Shown: piece after piece, positions 29,093 to 40,332 of the stretch
Layout: every line of letters starts with the position of its first letter
Numbering within the stretch: position 1 is the first letter of the stretch
NCBI GenBank assembly: GCA_965197925.1
Contig: CBDAOC010000018.1
Coordinates: forward strand, 32,001-96,000
Length of the DNA stretch: 64,000 nt
Direction of reading: 5' to 3'
Source of the DNA: Nitrososphaerales archaeon
GTDB taxonomy: Archaea; Thermoproteota; Nitrososphaeria; Nitrososphaerales; UBA213
Made by a program: the position numbers and the translations under genes
The notes under the pieces: generated by a model
The model's database searches: none
Told to the model about the DNA's origin: nothing
Seen by the model: only the letters and a program-made list of their open reading frames with translations

Positions 29093-30490
29093 TTGGAAAA
29101 GGGGCTGCTGTTGAAATTATATAATACGCTAACTGGTATACTAGAAGAAGTTCAGGCTAAAGATAATCAGTTCAGAATATACCTTTGTGGTGTTACTGTT
29201 TACGATTACAGTCATCTTGGACACGCAAGAACCATAATAATATTTGATGTGCTAAGGCGATACCTAATTCATAAAGGTTACAAGGTCATATTTGTGCAGA
29301 ATTTCACGGATATTGACGATAAGATAATCAATACCTCAAGGAAACTAGGAATTGAACCAAAAGAACTATCTGAAAAATTCATCAAGCAGTATTTTGAGAA
29401 TTTTGATGATTTGAACATAATACGTGCAGATGAGTACCCTAAAGCCACAGAGCATGTAAACGAAATGCAGGGACTTATCGCAGGCTTGGTAGAAAGGAAT
29501 TTTGCATATCTTTCCGATAACGGCGTTTACTTTCACGTCCTTTCAGATAATGATTATGGCAAACTGTCAAAGAAACCCATTGACCAACTTCAAGCAGGGG
29601 CAAGGGTAGAAGTTGATCTCAGTAAAAAAGATCCGTTGGATTTTGCATTGTGGAAGTTATACAAGGAGGGTCTACTTTGGGACAGTCCATGGGGCAAAGG
29701 TAGACCAGGATGGCATATAGAATGTTCCGCGATGAGTATCAAATACCTTGGCAATGGGTTCGAAATACATGGTGGTGGTGAAGATCTTATCTTTCCGCAC
29801 CATGAAAACGAAATTGCCCAGTCAGAATGCTACACTGGAAGTATGTTCGCAAGATATTGGATGCATGTGGGTATGGTAACTATAGCGGGAGAAAAAATGG
29901 CGAAATCCTTGAAGAATATAGAACCAATACATACAGCATTAAAAAAATGGGGTGCAAATGGAATCAGAATATATTGTCTATCTGGTCACTACAGAAAAAC
30001 TCTTGATTATAATGACCGCCTTCTTGCAGATGCAATCGCAAGGTGGCGTGATATAGAAACATGTGCGTATGAATTGGAATTTGCCGAAGGAGATGGTGGA
30101 CCTATTGATGAGGCAATGAAAATTGTCAATGATACTCTCAGAGAATTTAAACATGTCATGGATGACGACCTTAACACACCCATGTCGTTAACTGTATTCA
30201 CTACTTTTGTCAGAAAAATAAACAGGTATGCTGCAGATGAAAAGCTTGATAGGACCATGGCCGACGCAGTTAAACCAACATTTGATAAAATTATGTTCAT
30301 ATTTGGTTTGAAGATCATAAAAGCTTCTAGTGAAGAGGAAAGAAAGATCGAAATAATGGTAAGGGAGAGGAACAAGCTAAGAGAGCAGAAAATGTTTGTA
30401 GAGGCTGACAAAATTAGAGAGCAGTTAAAAAATATGGGGGTTGAACTCATGGATCACAAGAGGAGAACCATATGGAAAAAACTAAGGTGA
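29093..30490 (+). CDS. cysS: Cysteinyl-tRNA synthetase
   Basis: YLCGVTVYD..HLGH, NFTDIDDKII, DFALWK, GRPGWHIEC, FPHHENE, KMAKS. Confidence 0.97.
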   Translation: MEKGLLLKLYNTLTGILEEVQAKDNQFRIYLCGVTVYDYSHLGHARTIIIFDVLRRYLIHKGYKVIFVQNFTDIDDKIINTSRKLGIEPKELSEKFIKQYFENFDDLNIIRADEYPKATEHVNEMQGLIAGLVERNFAYLSDNGVYFHVLSDNDYGKLSKKPIDQLQAGARVEVDLSKKDPLDFALWKLYKEGLLWDSPWGKGRPGWHIECSAMSIKYLGNGFEIHGGGEDLIFPHHENEIAQSECYTGSMFARYWMHVGMVTIAGEKMAKSLKNIEPIHTALKKWGANGIRIYCLSGHYRKTLDYNDRLLADAIARWRDIETCAYELEFAEGDGGPIDEAMKIVNDTLREFKHVMDDDLNTPMSLTVFTTFVRKINRYAADEKLDRTMADAVKPTFDKIMFIFGLKIIKASSEEERKIEIMVRERNKLREQKMFVEADKIREQLKNMGVELMDHKRRTIWKKLR

Positions 30491-30767
30491 TATCAGTAAG
30501 CTTACTGATGTATACGATAAAATTATCTCCTCAAATAGAATGATTGAAGTTAAAATTTAGATGAATAATGAGATTGAACAGATTTTTTTCAGTTTCAACA
30601 AATTAAAGTAAAAATCCACTTTCCCAAATTCATAGATGTGATTTCATCTGGGAATTGATAATCCATTGAACTGTAACGACAACATTCCACAAAGTTAAGA
30701 ATCTTAGGCCTAGAGCTCTATAGGTGATAGCTCAGAAAGTTTTATGTAACTATGAGATTTCTTTCCT

Positions 30768-30932
30768 ATGGGATTCCTGAAGTGGATAATAATTGCAGCG
30801 ATAATAATATTACCAATATTGGCAAGTTTCGCGATATTGCCAGAAGGACCAGAACCACGACAATTAGGGGAGTATATTAATGGAATAGTACAATATTGGA
30901 AAGAGGTTATTTCGGAAATTAAATTATCATAG
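30768..30932 (+). CDS. Small single-TM protein (54 aa), not in the ORF track
   Basis: MGFLKWIIIAAIIILPILASFAILPEGPEPRQLGEYINGIVQYWKEVISEIKLS*; AAAGTTTTATGT TATA-like element about 25 nt upstream. Confidence 0.6.
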   Translation: MGFLKWIIIAAIIILPILASFAILPEGPEPRQLGEYINGIVQYWKEVISEIKLS

Positions 30933-30991
30933 CCTTAGATTATATCAACCACTCAAACCATTGACAATGTATTCACTATTAGTCAAAAACA

Positions 30992-32209
30992 TTAACCTTT
31001 CTTCTTAGCTGCAGAGATTATAGAAACCACGTCTCTATCCTTTATATTATAATCTGACGGCAACCGTAGCCCATCACGAGCATCTATCGCGTATAACAAG
31101 TTTTTAGCTAAATCACTGTGGATCTGCCTCGCCAGATCCTCCACGGTTGATCCAGAAGGCATTAAATAAACATCCGGAAGCACATTACCCTTTTTATCAG
31201 TTAAGTTTGATACATCTCCTACAGGGTAAACTGCATTCATCCTCAACAATTTGAAAACAGCGACGTTGATAGAGTGTTGTACACCAGTTCGCATGTATTC
31301 ACCCAATACATCTTTTCGTATGAAGTTAAGTGCCCATTTTTGCTTGTCATTAAGCTCATCTTGTTTTACTATATCAAACCTTTCGTCACCAGGCAGATAC
31401 TTTATTAATCCTTTATTTTCAGCTCTCCTTAATGTAAGTTCAGCCTCTGCACTTGCGGGAACAACCATCATATCCTTGTATTCTTCTCTCAAACGTCTAA
31501 AGTTCTCCATCCCATCTGGAATATCAACCTTGTTCGCGACTATTAGTGTGGGTTTTGATATATCACGTAAAGACCATACAAAGTCTTTGCTATCATCAAT
31601 GTCATAGTCATCAAAACTTTTGTCCTGAAGTTTTGCATCATTTACTGCCCTTTGAACATCAAATTCCTTTACTCCAATACCAGCAAAGATGTCGGCTATT
31701 GCAACATTCATCTTAACACCAGATTTTGTTGCTCGAGAAATTTTATCTCTATTACCCTCCAGAAGTTTAAGGTACCACATTACAAGTTCTTCTTCAATAT
31801 CACCAATATCAGCAACAGGATCGCCGGATCCAACTTCAGTAACCCTTCCCCCAGCATCAATACTACCAGATACATCAACAACATGTAACAGCGCATCAGA
31901 CTGTGCCGCTATTGACAGAAACTGGTTTCCCAGGCCCTTACCTTCCCATGCACCTTTTATCAATCCTGGTAGATCGATCAACTCAACGGGGATAAATCTC
32001 CAGCCATCTATACATGAAGAGTTCTTCGGGTTGTCCTGCACCTTGAACTCCTTATGGACACACAGTGTAATAGCATGACTGGTTCCGACATTGGGCTGTT
32101 TTGTGGTAAAAGGATAATTTGACACTTCTGCAAATGACATTGTCGCCGCATTAAAGAAAGTAGTTTTTCCAGTATTGGTCTTTCCGATAATCCCTATTTT
32201 AATGGGCAT
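30992..32209 (-). CDS. ychF: YchF/Obg-family GTPase/ATPase with TGS domain
   Basis: GKTNTGKTT, YPFTT, DLPGL, GLGNQFL, NKVD, C-terminal TGS. Confidence 0.92.
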   Translation of the reverse strand: MPIKIGIIGKTNTGKTTFFNAATMSFAEVSNYPFTTKQPNVGTSHAITLCVHKEFKVQDNPKNSSCIDGWRFIPVELIDLPGLIKGAWEGKGLGNQFLSIAAQSDALLHVVDVSGSIDAGGRVTEVGSGDPVADIGDIEEELVMWYLKLLEGNRDKISRATKSGVKMNVAIADIFAGIGVKEFDVQRAVNDAKLQDKSFDDYDIDDSKDFVWSLRDISKPTLIVANKVDIPDGMENFRRLREEYKDMMVVPASAEAELTLRRAENKGLIKYLPGDERFDIVKQDELNDKQKWALNFIRKDVLGEYMRTGVQHSINVAVFKLLRMNAVYPVGDVSNLTDKKGNVLPDVYLMPSGSTVEDLARQIHSDLAKNLLYAIDARDGLRLPSDYNIKDRDVVSIISAAKKKG

Positions 32210-32244
32210 AAAATCATTTTCTGCTTGCGTTTATTTAAATTATA

Positions 32245-32589
32245 TTATTGCTTTAATCTTTCCAACACACCTTGGATCTCTGCGATTCTCCACAATAATT
32301 CGCTTAATTCATTTCCATCAAGCTCATCATTCCACTTATCTAGAGTAATCCTTGAAATTTCTATTGCGTGGTAAACTATGCTCCAGTAAGGATGGTGTTC
32401 TGCTGTTGTATAAGCGAGTTCCGACACTTCACTGAGGCCAAAAGTAGCACGCTTCAGTATATCTGAAGATTCACCATAGATCGTTATCATACCGGCCTCA
32501 TTGTCACTCCTTACCTTTACGGTAATTCCTTGCTTCTGTAGATCGACCCTTAATTTCCTTACTTCATCAAGAATCTTTTCCATTGACAT
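32245..32589 (-). CDS. Hypothetical protein
   Basis: 114-aa ORF in an apparent operon between the CoA-binding gene and ychF; TTAEHHPYW motif-like segment. Confidence 0.7.
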   Translation of the reverse strand: MSMEKILDEVRKLRVDLQKQGITVKVRSDNEAGMITIYGESSDILKRATFGLSEVSELAYTTAEHHPYWSIVYHAIEISRITLDKWNDELDGNELSELLWRIAEIQGVLERLKQ

Positions 32590-32620
32590 TTATTTTCACC
32601 TAGCTCCCATTTTGATAACT

Positions 32621-33037
32621 TCATCTTCCAAACAATTTTCGGTGTTCCCTCATCACACATCTATTATAAACCACCTTGATTCCTTTTTCTAGCGCATCTT
32701 TCTCACCTTCTTTGTTACTAATCCCCAATTGCATCCAAACTACCTTCACGCCTCTCGCGATAGCATCTTTCACTATTGCAGGGACATCTTCAGAAGGCCT
32801 AAAGATATCAACTATATCAATATCACTTGGGATTTCTTGCAGATTCTTATAACTTTTTTTCCCTAAGATTTCGTTTACTGTAGGATTTACAGGTATCACA
32901 TTGTATCCAGCATTAATTAGATATTTTGGTATCTGGTGGGCATCTTTTCCCGGATTTTTTGAAAATCCTACGACGACCACATTCTTCAAAGACATTATTT
33001 CTCTGATCTCAGAGTCTGAGTATCCATCTTTCTCCAT
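32621..33037 (-). CDS. CoA-binding protein (YccU-like)
   Basis: VVGFSKNP, GYNVIPVNP, DIVDIFRP, VWMQLGI, NRC. Confidence 0.9.
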   Translation of the reverse strand: MEKDGYSDSEIREIMSLKNVVVVGFSKNPGKDAHQIPKYLINAGYNVIPVNPTVNEILGKKSYKNLQEIPSDIDIVDIFRPSEDVPAIVKDAIARGVKVVWMQLGISNKEGEKDALEKGIKVVYNRCVMREHRKLFGR

Positions 33038-33110
33038 ACCGATTACTCTTGTTAATGATATTAAAGAATGATCAAGCAATAATTATAGTCTAGTATTCCG
33101 GATACAAAAT

Positions 33111-34133
33111 ATGCAAGAGTCGTCTGCAGACAATAAAACCTTGGAAGTTTTGAAGATTCTAAAGAAGGCAGAAAAAAGCTATGTATCAGGTGAATCAATA
33201 AGCAAGAAGACTAAAGTATCAAGAACAGCAATATGGAAGTATATTTCTGTTCTGAGAAAATATGGATATAATATAACTTCCAAGAAAGGCCTAGGTTACA
33301 AACTTCTGAAGAGGAGTGATCTTCTTCTCCCATGGGAGATCAAGGATGGATTGAAGACTCAACGTATAGGTAAGGTAATTCATCATTTCGAAACCATTGA
33401 TTCAACACAGGATCTTGCTATTAGGTTGGCTGAAGGGAATGCCCCAGAAGGGAGTATTGTAATTGGAGAAAATCAAAAAAAAGGAAGAGCCAGAATAGGC
33501 AGAAGGTGGATAGCACCAAAAGGTGGCATATGGGTGTCATTGATACTCAGGCCAAAAATAGCTACTGCAGAAAGTACCTTACTTCCACTGTTGGTATCTT
33601 TAGCGGTATGCAATGCGATCAGGGGTGTTTGCGGTGTGAATGCCAGGTTGAAATGGCCCAATGACGTTGTCATAAACGGAATGAAAGTTGCTGGAATACT
33701 TGCAGAAATGAGTTGTGAGGTCGATCGAATAAATTATGTTGTAATTGGTATAGGTATTAACGCTAACGTAAGTGTTAGAAAGATCGAATCCAGTATAAAA
33801 GGAACAGCTGGATATTACGGGGTTATTTCTTTGATGAAAGAGCTGGACAAGAAAGTTGACAGATTGGTATTGGTTATGAAGACATTCACAGAGATGGAGA
33901 GACTCTATATCGAATTGGAGAAACAAGGCTCTGATACCATAATCCAATCATGGAAGGATCTTTCCGCCACATTGGGCAGCAACGTCACCGTTACACAAGA
34001 TGATCTTTGTTTTGAGGGGAGGGCGGTGGATATAGATTATGATGGGGCTTTGTTGTTGAGATTACCAAATGGTAATATCAAAAGGATAGTTACTGGCGAT
34101 GTATTTGTTCGCCGCAAGAATATTAAAACATGA
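33111..34133 (+). CDS. birA: Bifunctional biotin-protein ligase/repressor (HTH + BPL)
   Basis: N-terminal HTH (VSGE..S....VSRTAIWKYI..LR..GY), DSTQ, GRARIGRRW, KWPND, KVAGIL, GIGIN, DGAL. Confidence 0.93.
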   Translation: MQESSADNKTLEVLKILKKAEKSYVSGESISKKTKVSRTAIWKYISVLRKYGYNITSKKGLGYKLLKRSDLLLPWEIKDGLKTQRIGKVIHHFETIDSTQDLAIRLAEGNAPEGSIVIGENQKKGRARIGRRWIAPKGGIWVSLILRPKIATAESTLLPLLVSLAVCNAIRGVCGVNARLKWPNDVVINGMKVAGILAEMSCEVDRINYVVIGIGINANVSVRKIESSIKGTAGYYGVISLMKELDKKVDRLVLVMKTFTEMERLYIELEKQGSDTIIQSWKDLSATLGSNVTVTQDDLCFEGRAVDIDYDGALLLRLPNGNIKRIVTGDVFVRRKNIKT

Positions 34134-34185
34134 CATCTTGTTAAACAAATGCAACTTTTTATCTGCTAATTGTTATTCATTAGAA

Positions 34186-34587
34186 CTATTCACCTTTTGG
34201 CTTCGTTGAACCAAGCCCTACACCTGCACTTGGTCCAGAATTGTTGCGTACCATTTCATCTATCTTTCCCTGAACTTCCTTCAGACTTTCCTTCAACCTT
34301 GTTTCTTGCTTTGAAAGAACCATCGTACGTGTATTTGCAAGTTCTTTCTTCTCTTCCAGCTCTTTAATGATTTCATCCTTGTTTGTCTTTATCAATAATG
34401 GCCCCGCTGTTTTAAAGATCATATTCTCGGCATCTGCCTTATTCAATTCCTCAAGTGCCCTACCCACTTCTACCAGCTCAATCTCTATCTGCTGTTTTTG
34501 CATAAGTAGACTCTGATGGTTTTGCTGGAGTTGGTTGAGTCTTACTACTTGTTCACGTAGCCAGGGTGGTAATTCTTGTTCACTCAT
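34186..34587 (-). CDS. pfdB: Prefoldin subunit beta
   Basis: Coiled-coil halves flanking FKTAGPLLIK hairpin; located downstream of the exosome operon. Confidence 0.93.
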   Translation of the reverse strand: MSEQELPPWLREQVVRLNQLQQNHQSLLMQKQQIEIELVEVGRALEELNKADAENMIFKTAGPLLIKTNKDEIIKELEEKKELANTRTMVLSKQETRLKESLKEVQGKIDEMVRNNSGPSAGVGLGSTKPKGE

Positions 34588-35354
34588 TTTCAGAACAAGT
34601 AAGCGTGATCACTCGTATATATAAACTCATTAAAAGCGCCCAAAGAACATCTATCTCATGGTCTAAATGCATCTCGTCGGCCTCAAGTATCCTATATTTT
34701 CTACCAACTTCATTCAAGTTTTAGTGTAATTTATTATGTAGATTTTTTATTCTAATTTATTACGGCTGGGACTTTAAGAAGGTTTTATACATGTAAGAGC
34801 AATTAGATTTGAATCTATTAGCATATAAGATATTTACATTTCGTAGATATTATGTCAGTAGTTATTACAAATGCCTTATAATGAAAGTAGGTCGATAGAT
34901 GATGACGTGAAATCATCTATTACAACCATTTCGATTGCAAGACGGTAGGAGTGATACTTGCAAATTGGGATTAGGGAAGTGCTTATTCAGTCACACTAGA
35001 TTGTTATGATGGAGCACTAGGATAGAAAAAATACCAAATCTCCCATAAAGGTATGAGTTCCTGGGCATAAAAGGATCCCTTTTGGAAAAGAGTAATAGTT
35101 TTAGATAAACAGGGTTCTTTTATCATCGAAATTCTATGTTTTGAAACCAAAGAGTCTTTTGAAAACCCATGAAATCTGCATATAACCCATATTTCTTCAC
35201 CGAATCATCACTTATCTGGGCAACAGTTTTTTCCTTGAACAAAATAGATCAGAGAAAATTACTTCGTTCATTTACAAAATCATGTTCTATCTATGAATTC
35301 CAAGTGTAAATATTGGAAAAGACCAAGACCATTTATGAAATTACGGAGCTTAAT

Positions 35355-35603
35355 TTACAAGGGTAAATCTAGGCAACTAACAGCTGTGCGAAAAAGTCTT
35401 AGATATGAGTTTAAGCTTGCTCTTAAATCTGAAATCTGGTCTGAAGCAATGTTAATAATTACTGTGTTATCCGCAATTGTGATGCTTGCCTTTGTATTTC
35501 TTTCATTGGAATAAATCATATCGGGCTTTAAGGCAGAAAATACAATTTTTGAATTCTTCGTCCTTATTTCTATCGTAGCATTATGACTTTTTGACGATGT
35601 CAT
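35355..35603 (-). CDS. pcc1: KEOPS complex subunit Pcc1
   Basis: ALKPD...I.I.SDQISDLRASLNSYLRL; start at MTSSKSH overlapping L37Ae. Confidence 0.8.
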   Translation of the reverse strand: MTSSKSHNATIEIRTKNSKIVFSALKPDMIYSNERNTKASITIADNTVIINIASDQISDLRASLNSYLRLFRTAVSCLDLPL

Positions 35604-35805
35604 AGGCTCTGCTTGTAATGGTGTATCGACATTTAGGACACCACCATATGCCCAATACCTTCCGTCTAAACTTTCTCGAACCACATTCAAGGCATCGCCG
35701 TTTCTGCTTTAAGGTAATAAATGCCTTGGTATACCTACGCCTAAGAGTTGCACCATACTTCTGGCGCAATCCACCCAACGATTCCTTCTTTCTAGACCGA
35801 GCCAC
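35581..35805 (-). CDS. rpl37ae: 50S ribosomal protein L37Ae
   Basis: KYGATLRRR, CLEC...GIWWCPKC; position after rrp42. Confidence 0.88.
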   Translation of the reverse strand: MARSRKKESLGGLRQKYGATLRRRYTKAFITLKQKRRCLECGSRKFRRKVLGIWWCPKCRYTITSRAYDIVKKS

Positions 35806-36622
35806 TTTCTGCAACCTTCTTCAGTAACGGTCTTATCTCCTTACCCTTGGCAATAGCGTTATCCACTATTTCATGTATTTGTTCCACTGAAAATGCCCCC
35901 GTACTTCCCCTTTGTACAGCACATACATTACCATCCGAATCCGTTGTCATTGTAACTCTCCCATTCATGACCGCTTCCTCCTCAGATATAGGGTCAGCAA
36001 TTATCGAAGAGCCTATCTTTGCCATAGTGACCGATACTGGCACAGTTCGTACTGGTGCAGGAATTACCTCTCCAGTATCGATAACTTTACCGTTCTCCAC
36101 CTTTAACTTGGGTAATTTAGTAGTTAGCAATGCACTCACAGCAGCATAAGAAGCAGCATCGAATAGATTACCTCCCATATTTATGATGCTAGAGTCAACA
36201 AAAACGGCATATACAACCTTCCCTTCTATCAACACAAGTTTCTCTAAATCGATCATTTCTGATTCCCTTATCCCGCGGTCAACCACCCTTGCCAATTCTA
36301 CAGCTTCTTCATCTGGTGGACCAGGTTCGCTATGTGCTGATGCTAAGGGCAAAACTTCAGCATTGCAAATCAATATCCCCTTTTTTTCTAATCCTTCATA
36401 AGGCTCATCTGTAGATATCTTTATGCCTGTGATAACTTGAGTATTTCCCAAGGTAACACGCGCGGAACCATTAGCTTTCTGGATAACATTAGTTTCAATC
36501 TTTATGGGTCTATATTCATTCAAACCTCTCCCATCAAGTCTCTTCCCTTCACCCAAAAGCTCCTGCATTTGGACTCTACGCAACTGATCTAATATCATAC
36601 TAGATTTTCTTGCACTACTCAT
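35792..36622 (-). CDS. rrp42: Exosome subunit Rrp42
   Basis: [48 protein letters not shown]. Confidence 0.95.
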   Translation of the reverse strand: MSSARKSSMILDQLRRVQMQELLGEGKRLDGRGLNEYRPIKIETNVIQKANGSARVTLGNTQVITGIKISTDEPYEGLEKKGILICNAEVLPLASAHSEPGPPDEEAVELARVVDRGIRESEMIDLEKLVLIEGKVVYAVFVDSSIINMGGNLFDAASYAAVSALLTTKLPKLKVENGKVIDTGEVIPAPVRTVPVSVTMAKIGSSIIADPISEEEAVMNGRVTMTTDSDGNVCAVQRGSTGAFSVEQIHEIVDNAIAKGKEIRPLLKKVAESGSV

Positions 36623-37356
36623 GTTGTCTCCCCTAATTCCATACCGTTACCAAAGTATTTCTTCATAAGTGCCTCCTTTTGTAAATCATATATCTTCATG
36701 CAGCCCTTAATGGCCATATCCAAACATTTCTTATACTCCTGACTGGACAGCATACCATCTACCTGCATAAGTGTAACCTGTTTTAGATTAGGCATATATG
36801 CTATTGGCATGTCTGCCTGTCCTTCCTTGTCCTCCTCATCAATTATGTCTAACACAATGGTATCATTAACCTTGCCAGCAGCGCAAGCAGCAACCATATC
36901 CCGCATGTTGATTCCTGCATCTGCCAGGGCGACAGATGCAGCCGCTATACCCGCACACCTAGAGCCGCCGTCCGACTGTAATATTTCAATGTAAACATCA
37001 ATAGCTGTTCTAGGATAATTTTCCAGTATAACTGACGGTTCCAAGGCCTCTTTTGAGATCTTTGAGATCTCGATTTCACGTCTAGATGGTGCAGGATTTT
37101 TTCTTTCATCTACTGAGTAAGGTGCCATGTGATACCTACATCTAAGGACTCCCCTACTAGATAATGCCATATGTTTTGGGTGAGCTTCCCTTGGTCCATA
37201 AACCGCAACCATGATTTTGTTATTTCCAAACTCTATATATGCCGAACCGTCGGCATTTTTCAATACGCCAGCCTCAATTTTCACTGGTCTAAGTTCTTCA
37301 ATCCCCCTTCCATCAGTTCGACTAAAACCTTTAGCCAAATTACCCATTGTTATCAC
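36619..37356 (-). CDS. rrp41: Exosome nuclease Rrp41
   Basis: RTDGR...[32 protein letters not shown]. Confidence 0.96.
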   Translation of the reverse strand: MITMGNLAKGFSRTDGRGIEELRPVKIEAGVLKNADGSAYIEFGNNKIMVAVYGPREAHPKHMALSSRGVLRCRYHMAPYSVDERKNPAPSRREIEISKISKEALEPSVILENYPRTAIDVYIEILQSDGGSRCAGIAAASVALADAGINMRDMVAACAAGKVNDTIVLDIIDEEDKEGQADMPIAYMPNLKQVTLMQVDGMLSSQEYKKCLDMAIKGCMKIYDLQKEALMKKYFGNGMELGETT

Positions 37357-38032
37357 CCATTGAACTTTGCAACATATCTTTTACACGCTGAGTAAGATTC
37401 ACTGTATGAGCCTCTTCATCTACCATCCTTATAGCCTTAACTGCCAGCATTACGCTATCTGAAGATGAGCCCGAAACTACTATAATACCGTTTTGACCAA
37501 TAATTATCTTGCACCGAGTACTCTGTTCTATAGTTTGAATCATAGAACCTCTTTTTCCTATTAATCTTGGTACTCTTGTAGGAGAGACACTCACTACCTG
37601 CCCCTCTGGGATTAACCCCAGGTCATTATCTGATGCGGTAAGCAACGGGTCTCTGGTCCTGTCAAAATTAGCTATCTTGCACGCAATCAGATCTCCAACA
37701 CGAAAGGTTTGTGTTAGATCATCTTGCGAAGGGGAAAATTCCTTCCCAAACACGTCCTGTGCCGGCAAGTACCCAGCAAAGCATGAGCGAATATCGAGAT
37801 CCCACGCCATTGCAGAGTGTTCCGTAATTTTTCCAATGACTAAATCTCCAATTCTAGGAACATATACACCGGATAGAGGAATAACCTTTGCACCATCATT
37901 TCCAACTTCAGCGATGCCTACCCTCGTAGCATATATCTTATCATTAATCTTTATTGCATTTAGCAGAGGTTTGACATTACCATCTGCAATACAGTCTCCT
38001 GGGATAACATTCATCTTCTGTATGTCTTCCAC
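37340..38032 (-). CDS. rrp4: Exosome RNA-binding protein Rrp4
   Basis: [12 protein letters not shown]1 domain; [18 protein letters not shown]. Confidence 0.95.
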   Translation of the reverse strand: MEDIQKMNVIPGDCIADGNVKPLLNAIKINDKIYATRVGIAEVGNDGAKVIPLSGVYVPRIGDLVIGKITEHSAMAWDLDIRSCFAGYLPAQDVFGKEFSPSQDDLTQTFRVGDLIACKIANFDRTRDPLLTASDNDLGLIPEGQVVSVSPTRVPRLIGKRGSMIQTIEQSTRCKIIIGQNGIIVVSGSSSDSVMLAVKAIRMVDEEAHTVNLTQRVKDMLQSSMGDNNG

Positions 38033-38721
38033 TATTTGATCACCATCACCTGTGCAGAACCCTTTGTAACCGAACCTAACCTGTCCATTAACGTTGATTG
38101 AATAGCAGCTGGTATTTCAACTATTGCTTTAAGTGAACCATCAGCCTGCCATTCTTCGTTCTGCATTTCACAAATCTTCTTTATCACGCTATAAGACTGT
38201 GCTGCAAAATTAGCCGGAATAACAATTGAAAGCCTTAGTTGTTCTGTCTTTAATGGCAAGATTGGTCTCAATTCATCAATAATCTTCTTGACCTGGGCTT
38301 CAGCATTGGTGAAGGGATCTATTACTGCACCAGCTTCTACTACGGCATTCTCTATCCTTGTCGGGGGATGAGGTAAATGCGTTTTAGGGTCAACGTAGCT
38401 CCTCGATATTAGCTGCACTATTTGCTTTCGCTTTTCTACCACGAATCGTTTCCTCTGCTCAGTAGTCATATTTAGTTCCCCTTTCTCCATTATCATTTTA
38501 GCTATATCCGTGGGATTGGTGGTTTTAAAATGTTTCATCAATTTCTCATCAGAAATTCTTTTCCCATTATTAGCGTCAGTGTATATCTCGTCAGATGCTA
38601 GAACATTTGAAAGATCTGTACGCCTACCCATTTTAAAGTCAAGTGCGGGATCAGGCTTTACAAGAAGTTCAAATTTTTCACCTTCAATGGTGAGCCTGAC
38701 TACCGTTAACTTTGTTGACAT
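38032..38721 (-). CDS. Ribosome maturation protein SBDS/Sdo1
   Basis: GEKFELLV.P, DPKTHLPHPPTRIE, E.W..DGS. Confidence 0.94.
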   Translation of the reverse strand: MSTKLTVVRLTIEGEKFELLVKPDPALDFKMGRRTDLSNVLASDEIYTDANNGKRISDEKLMKHFKTTNPTDIAKMIMEKGELNMTTEQRKRFVVEKRKQIVQLISRSYVDPKTHLPHPPTRIENAVVEAGAVIDPFTNAEAQVKKIIDELRPILPLKTEQLRLSIVIPANFAAQSYSVIKKICEMQNEEWQADGSLKAIVEIPAAIQSTLMDRLGSVTKGSAQVMVIK

Positions 38722-38819
38722 ACTAGAAAGTCATCAGGTCAGATATATATAATCTATGCAAATCAACATACTGTATCGAATAATTACCTTATTATAGCAG
38801 TTATCCAAACCCTTTTCGA

Positions 38820-39200
38820 TTCATTGCAATGAACAAGTTGTATATGGATGCTTAAAGTATTAGTTCCTTCACCATATTCTTCCATCTTACCTCCTTTACA
38901 TGTTCAAAGTCACGCTTGAATGCAGCGAATACCGATTTTTCAGCCCATCTATGTACATATTCATGATTCTTCTACCATGCATCAAGATCCTCCTTCTGCT
39001 TTATTACTGATAGCTTCCATGGTATATACCCCTTGCTTTTGTAGTTGCTTTCTTCTTCACCTTTCACTGGTCCAATGCTGCTATCTGATAGAAGCCTGAA
39101 CTTCCTTCTAGAATCATAAGATCTTTCTAGAATAATAAGCTCCAACTGCTATCACTGAATATATTACCTTTCTTCAACACCTCTTTTATCATATACATCA
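38820..39200 (-). pseudogene. Decayed IS5-family transposase, C-terminal part
   Basis: Manual translation: SYDSRRKFRLLSD...KLSVIKQKEDLDAW*...RWAEKSVFAAFKR...KNMVKELIL*ASIYN, with stops and frameshifts; boundaries approximate. Confidence 0.7.
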
Positions 39201-39204
39201 TCTT

Positions 39205-39614
39205 CTTTGAAGATAAGAAGAGGGTCAAGACACGACACTAGATTTTAAGCTATTGCTGCAATGGCATCAAATATTATGCCATTGTCTATAGTTGTAGCTG
39301 ATAAAGGCTCTGACAGCAAAGTCAATCACGAATTTGTAAGGGGCCATCTAGATGCTGTGAGCATAATCCCTGATAAATATGGAATGTTCCGGTATAGATG
39401 GTGTAATGAAGATATAGGAGGCAGATGAAGAGGAAATTCTGTACACGTCTATACTTTCAAAGAATAAAGAGTCGATAAAGTCGTGGTAAAGCGATTGTTA
39501 TGTGAGTCTATACTATCAAGATCTGTTAGGATGCAAAACAAATAGCGTTTTTCAGAGTAATTGGTTACAACATGCACAGATTAACTGTATTAATGGTATG
39601 TTTTTTACAGAACC
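39205..39614 (+). pseudogene. Decayed IS5-like DDE transposase, C-terminal part (different element)
   Basis: Manual translation across frameshifts: IRRGSRHD...PLSIVVADKGSDS..NH...YRRQMKR...YFQR...VVKRL...SRSVRMQNK...FRVIGYNMHRL; boundaries approximate. Confidence 0.7.
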
Positions 39615-39666
39615 AAAACTTCGTTAGATTTTTAAATGACCAGCAGGGTATGTGTTTGAAAAGAGC

Positions 39667-40332
39667 ATGGCATCGATAGATATAGTTTCACAGTCAGATG
39701 ATAATATAATTCTGAAATTAAGGGATATACCTAGAGAATATGCAAACGCGTTGAGGCGTATAGCCTTGAGCGAGGTTCCGACAATGGCTATAGACGATGT
39801 TGTTATATTAGATAACTCATCTGTCATTCATGATGAGGCTATGGCTCATCGCCTTGCTCTAATTCCTCTCCGCACTGAATTGGAAAGATTTGTGATGGCT
39901 CACGAATGCGATTGCGATAGTTCTTTGGGATGCTCAAGGTGTAGGGTTATGTTATATATTGATTCTAGTGCACAAGACCAAAGCAGAACAGTTTTGTCTG
40001 GTGAATTAAATTCTGAAGATGATTATGTAAAGCCAGTTAGTAGTGACATACCGATAGTGATTCTCGCTCCCTCACAAAAGCTTAAAGTGGAAGCGTATGC
40101 AAGATTGGGAACGGGAAAAATGCATGCAAAGTGGCAACCAGTTTCCACTTCTATATTAAAAGAGACGGATGGCAAGAAAGAAGAATTCACACTGGAAGTT
40201 GAAACTATTGGTATGCTGACACCTACAGAAGTAATAGAACAATCAATGAAAATACTTGAACAAAAAATAAAGATGTTTGGAGAAAAAGCCAAGGAGTTAA
40301 AATCATTTGTTAAACAATCCAGTGCTAAGTGA
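39667..40332 (+). CDS. rpoD: DNA-directed RNA polymerase subunit D (Rpo3)
   Basis: ANALRRI.LSEVPTMAIDDV, DEAMAHRLALIP, Cys cluster, HAKWQP. Confidence 0.96.
   Translation: MASIDIVSQSDDNIILKLRDIPREYANALRRIALSEVPTMAIDDVVILDNSSVIHDEAMAHRLALIPLRTELERFVMAHECDCDSSLGCSRCRVMLYIDSSAQDQSRTVLSGELNSEDDYVKPVSSDIPIVILAPSQKLKVEAYARLGTGKMHAKWQPVSTSILKETDGKKEEFTLEVETIGMLTPTEVIEQSMKILEQKIKMFGEKAKELKSFVKQSSAK

Noticed and set aside
33038..33110. Possible BirA operator in the divergent promoter
   Set aside because: No TGTAAAC-N-GTTTACA-like palindrome; only a short GTATTCCGGATAC imperfect palindrome.
34590..35354. Gap between pcc1 and pfdB
   Set aside because: Looks like an insertion or decayed gene, but no TIRs or identifiable motifs were found.
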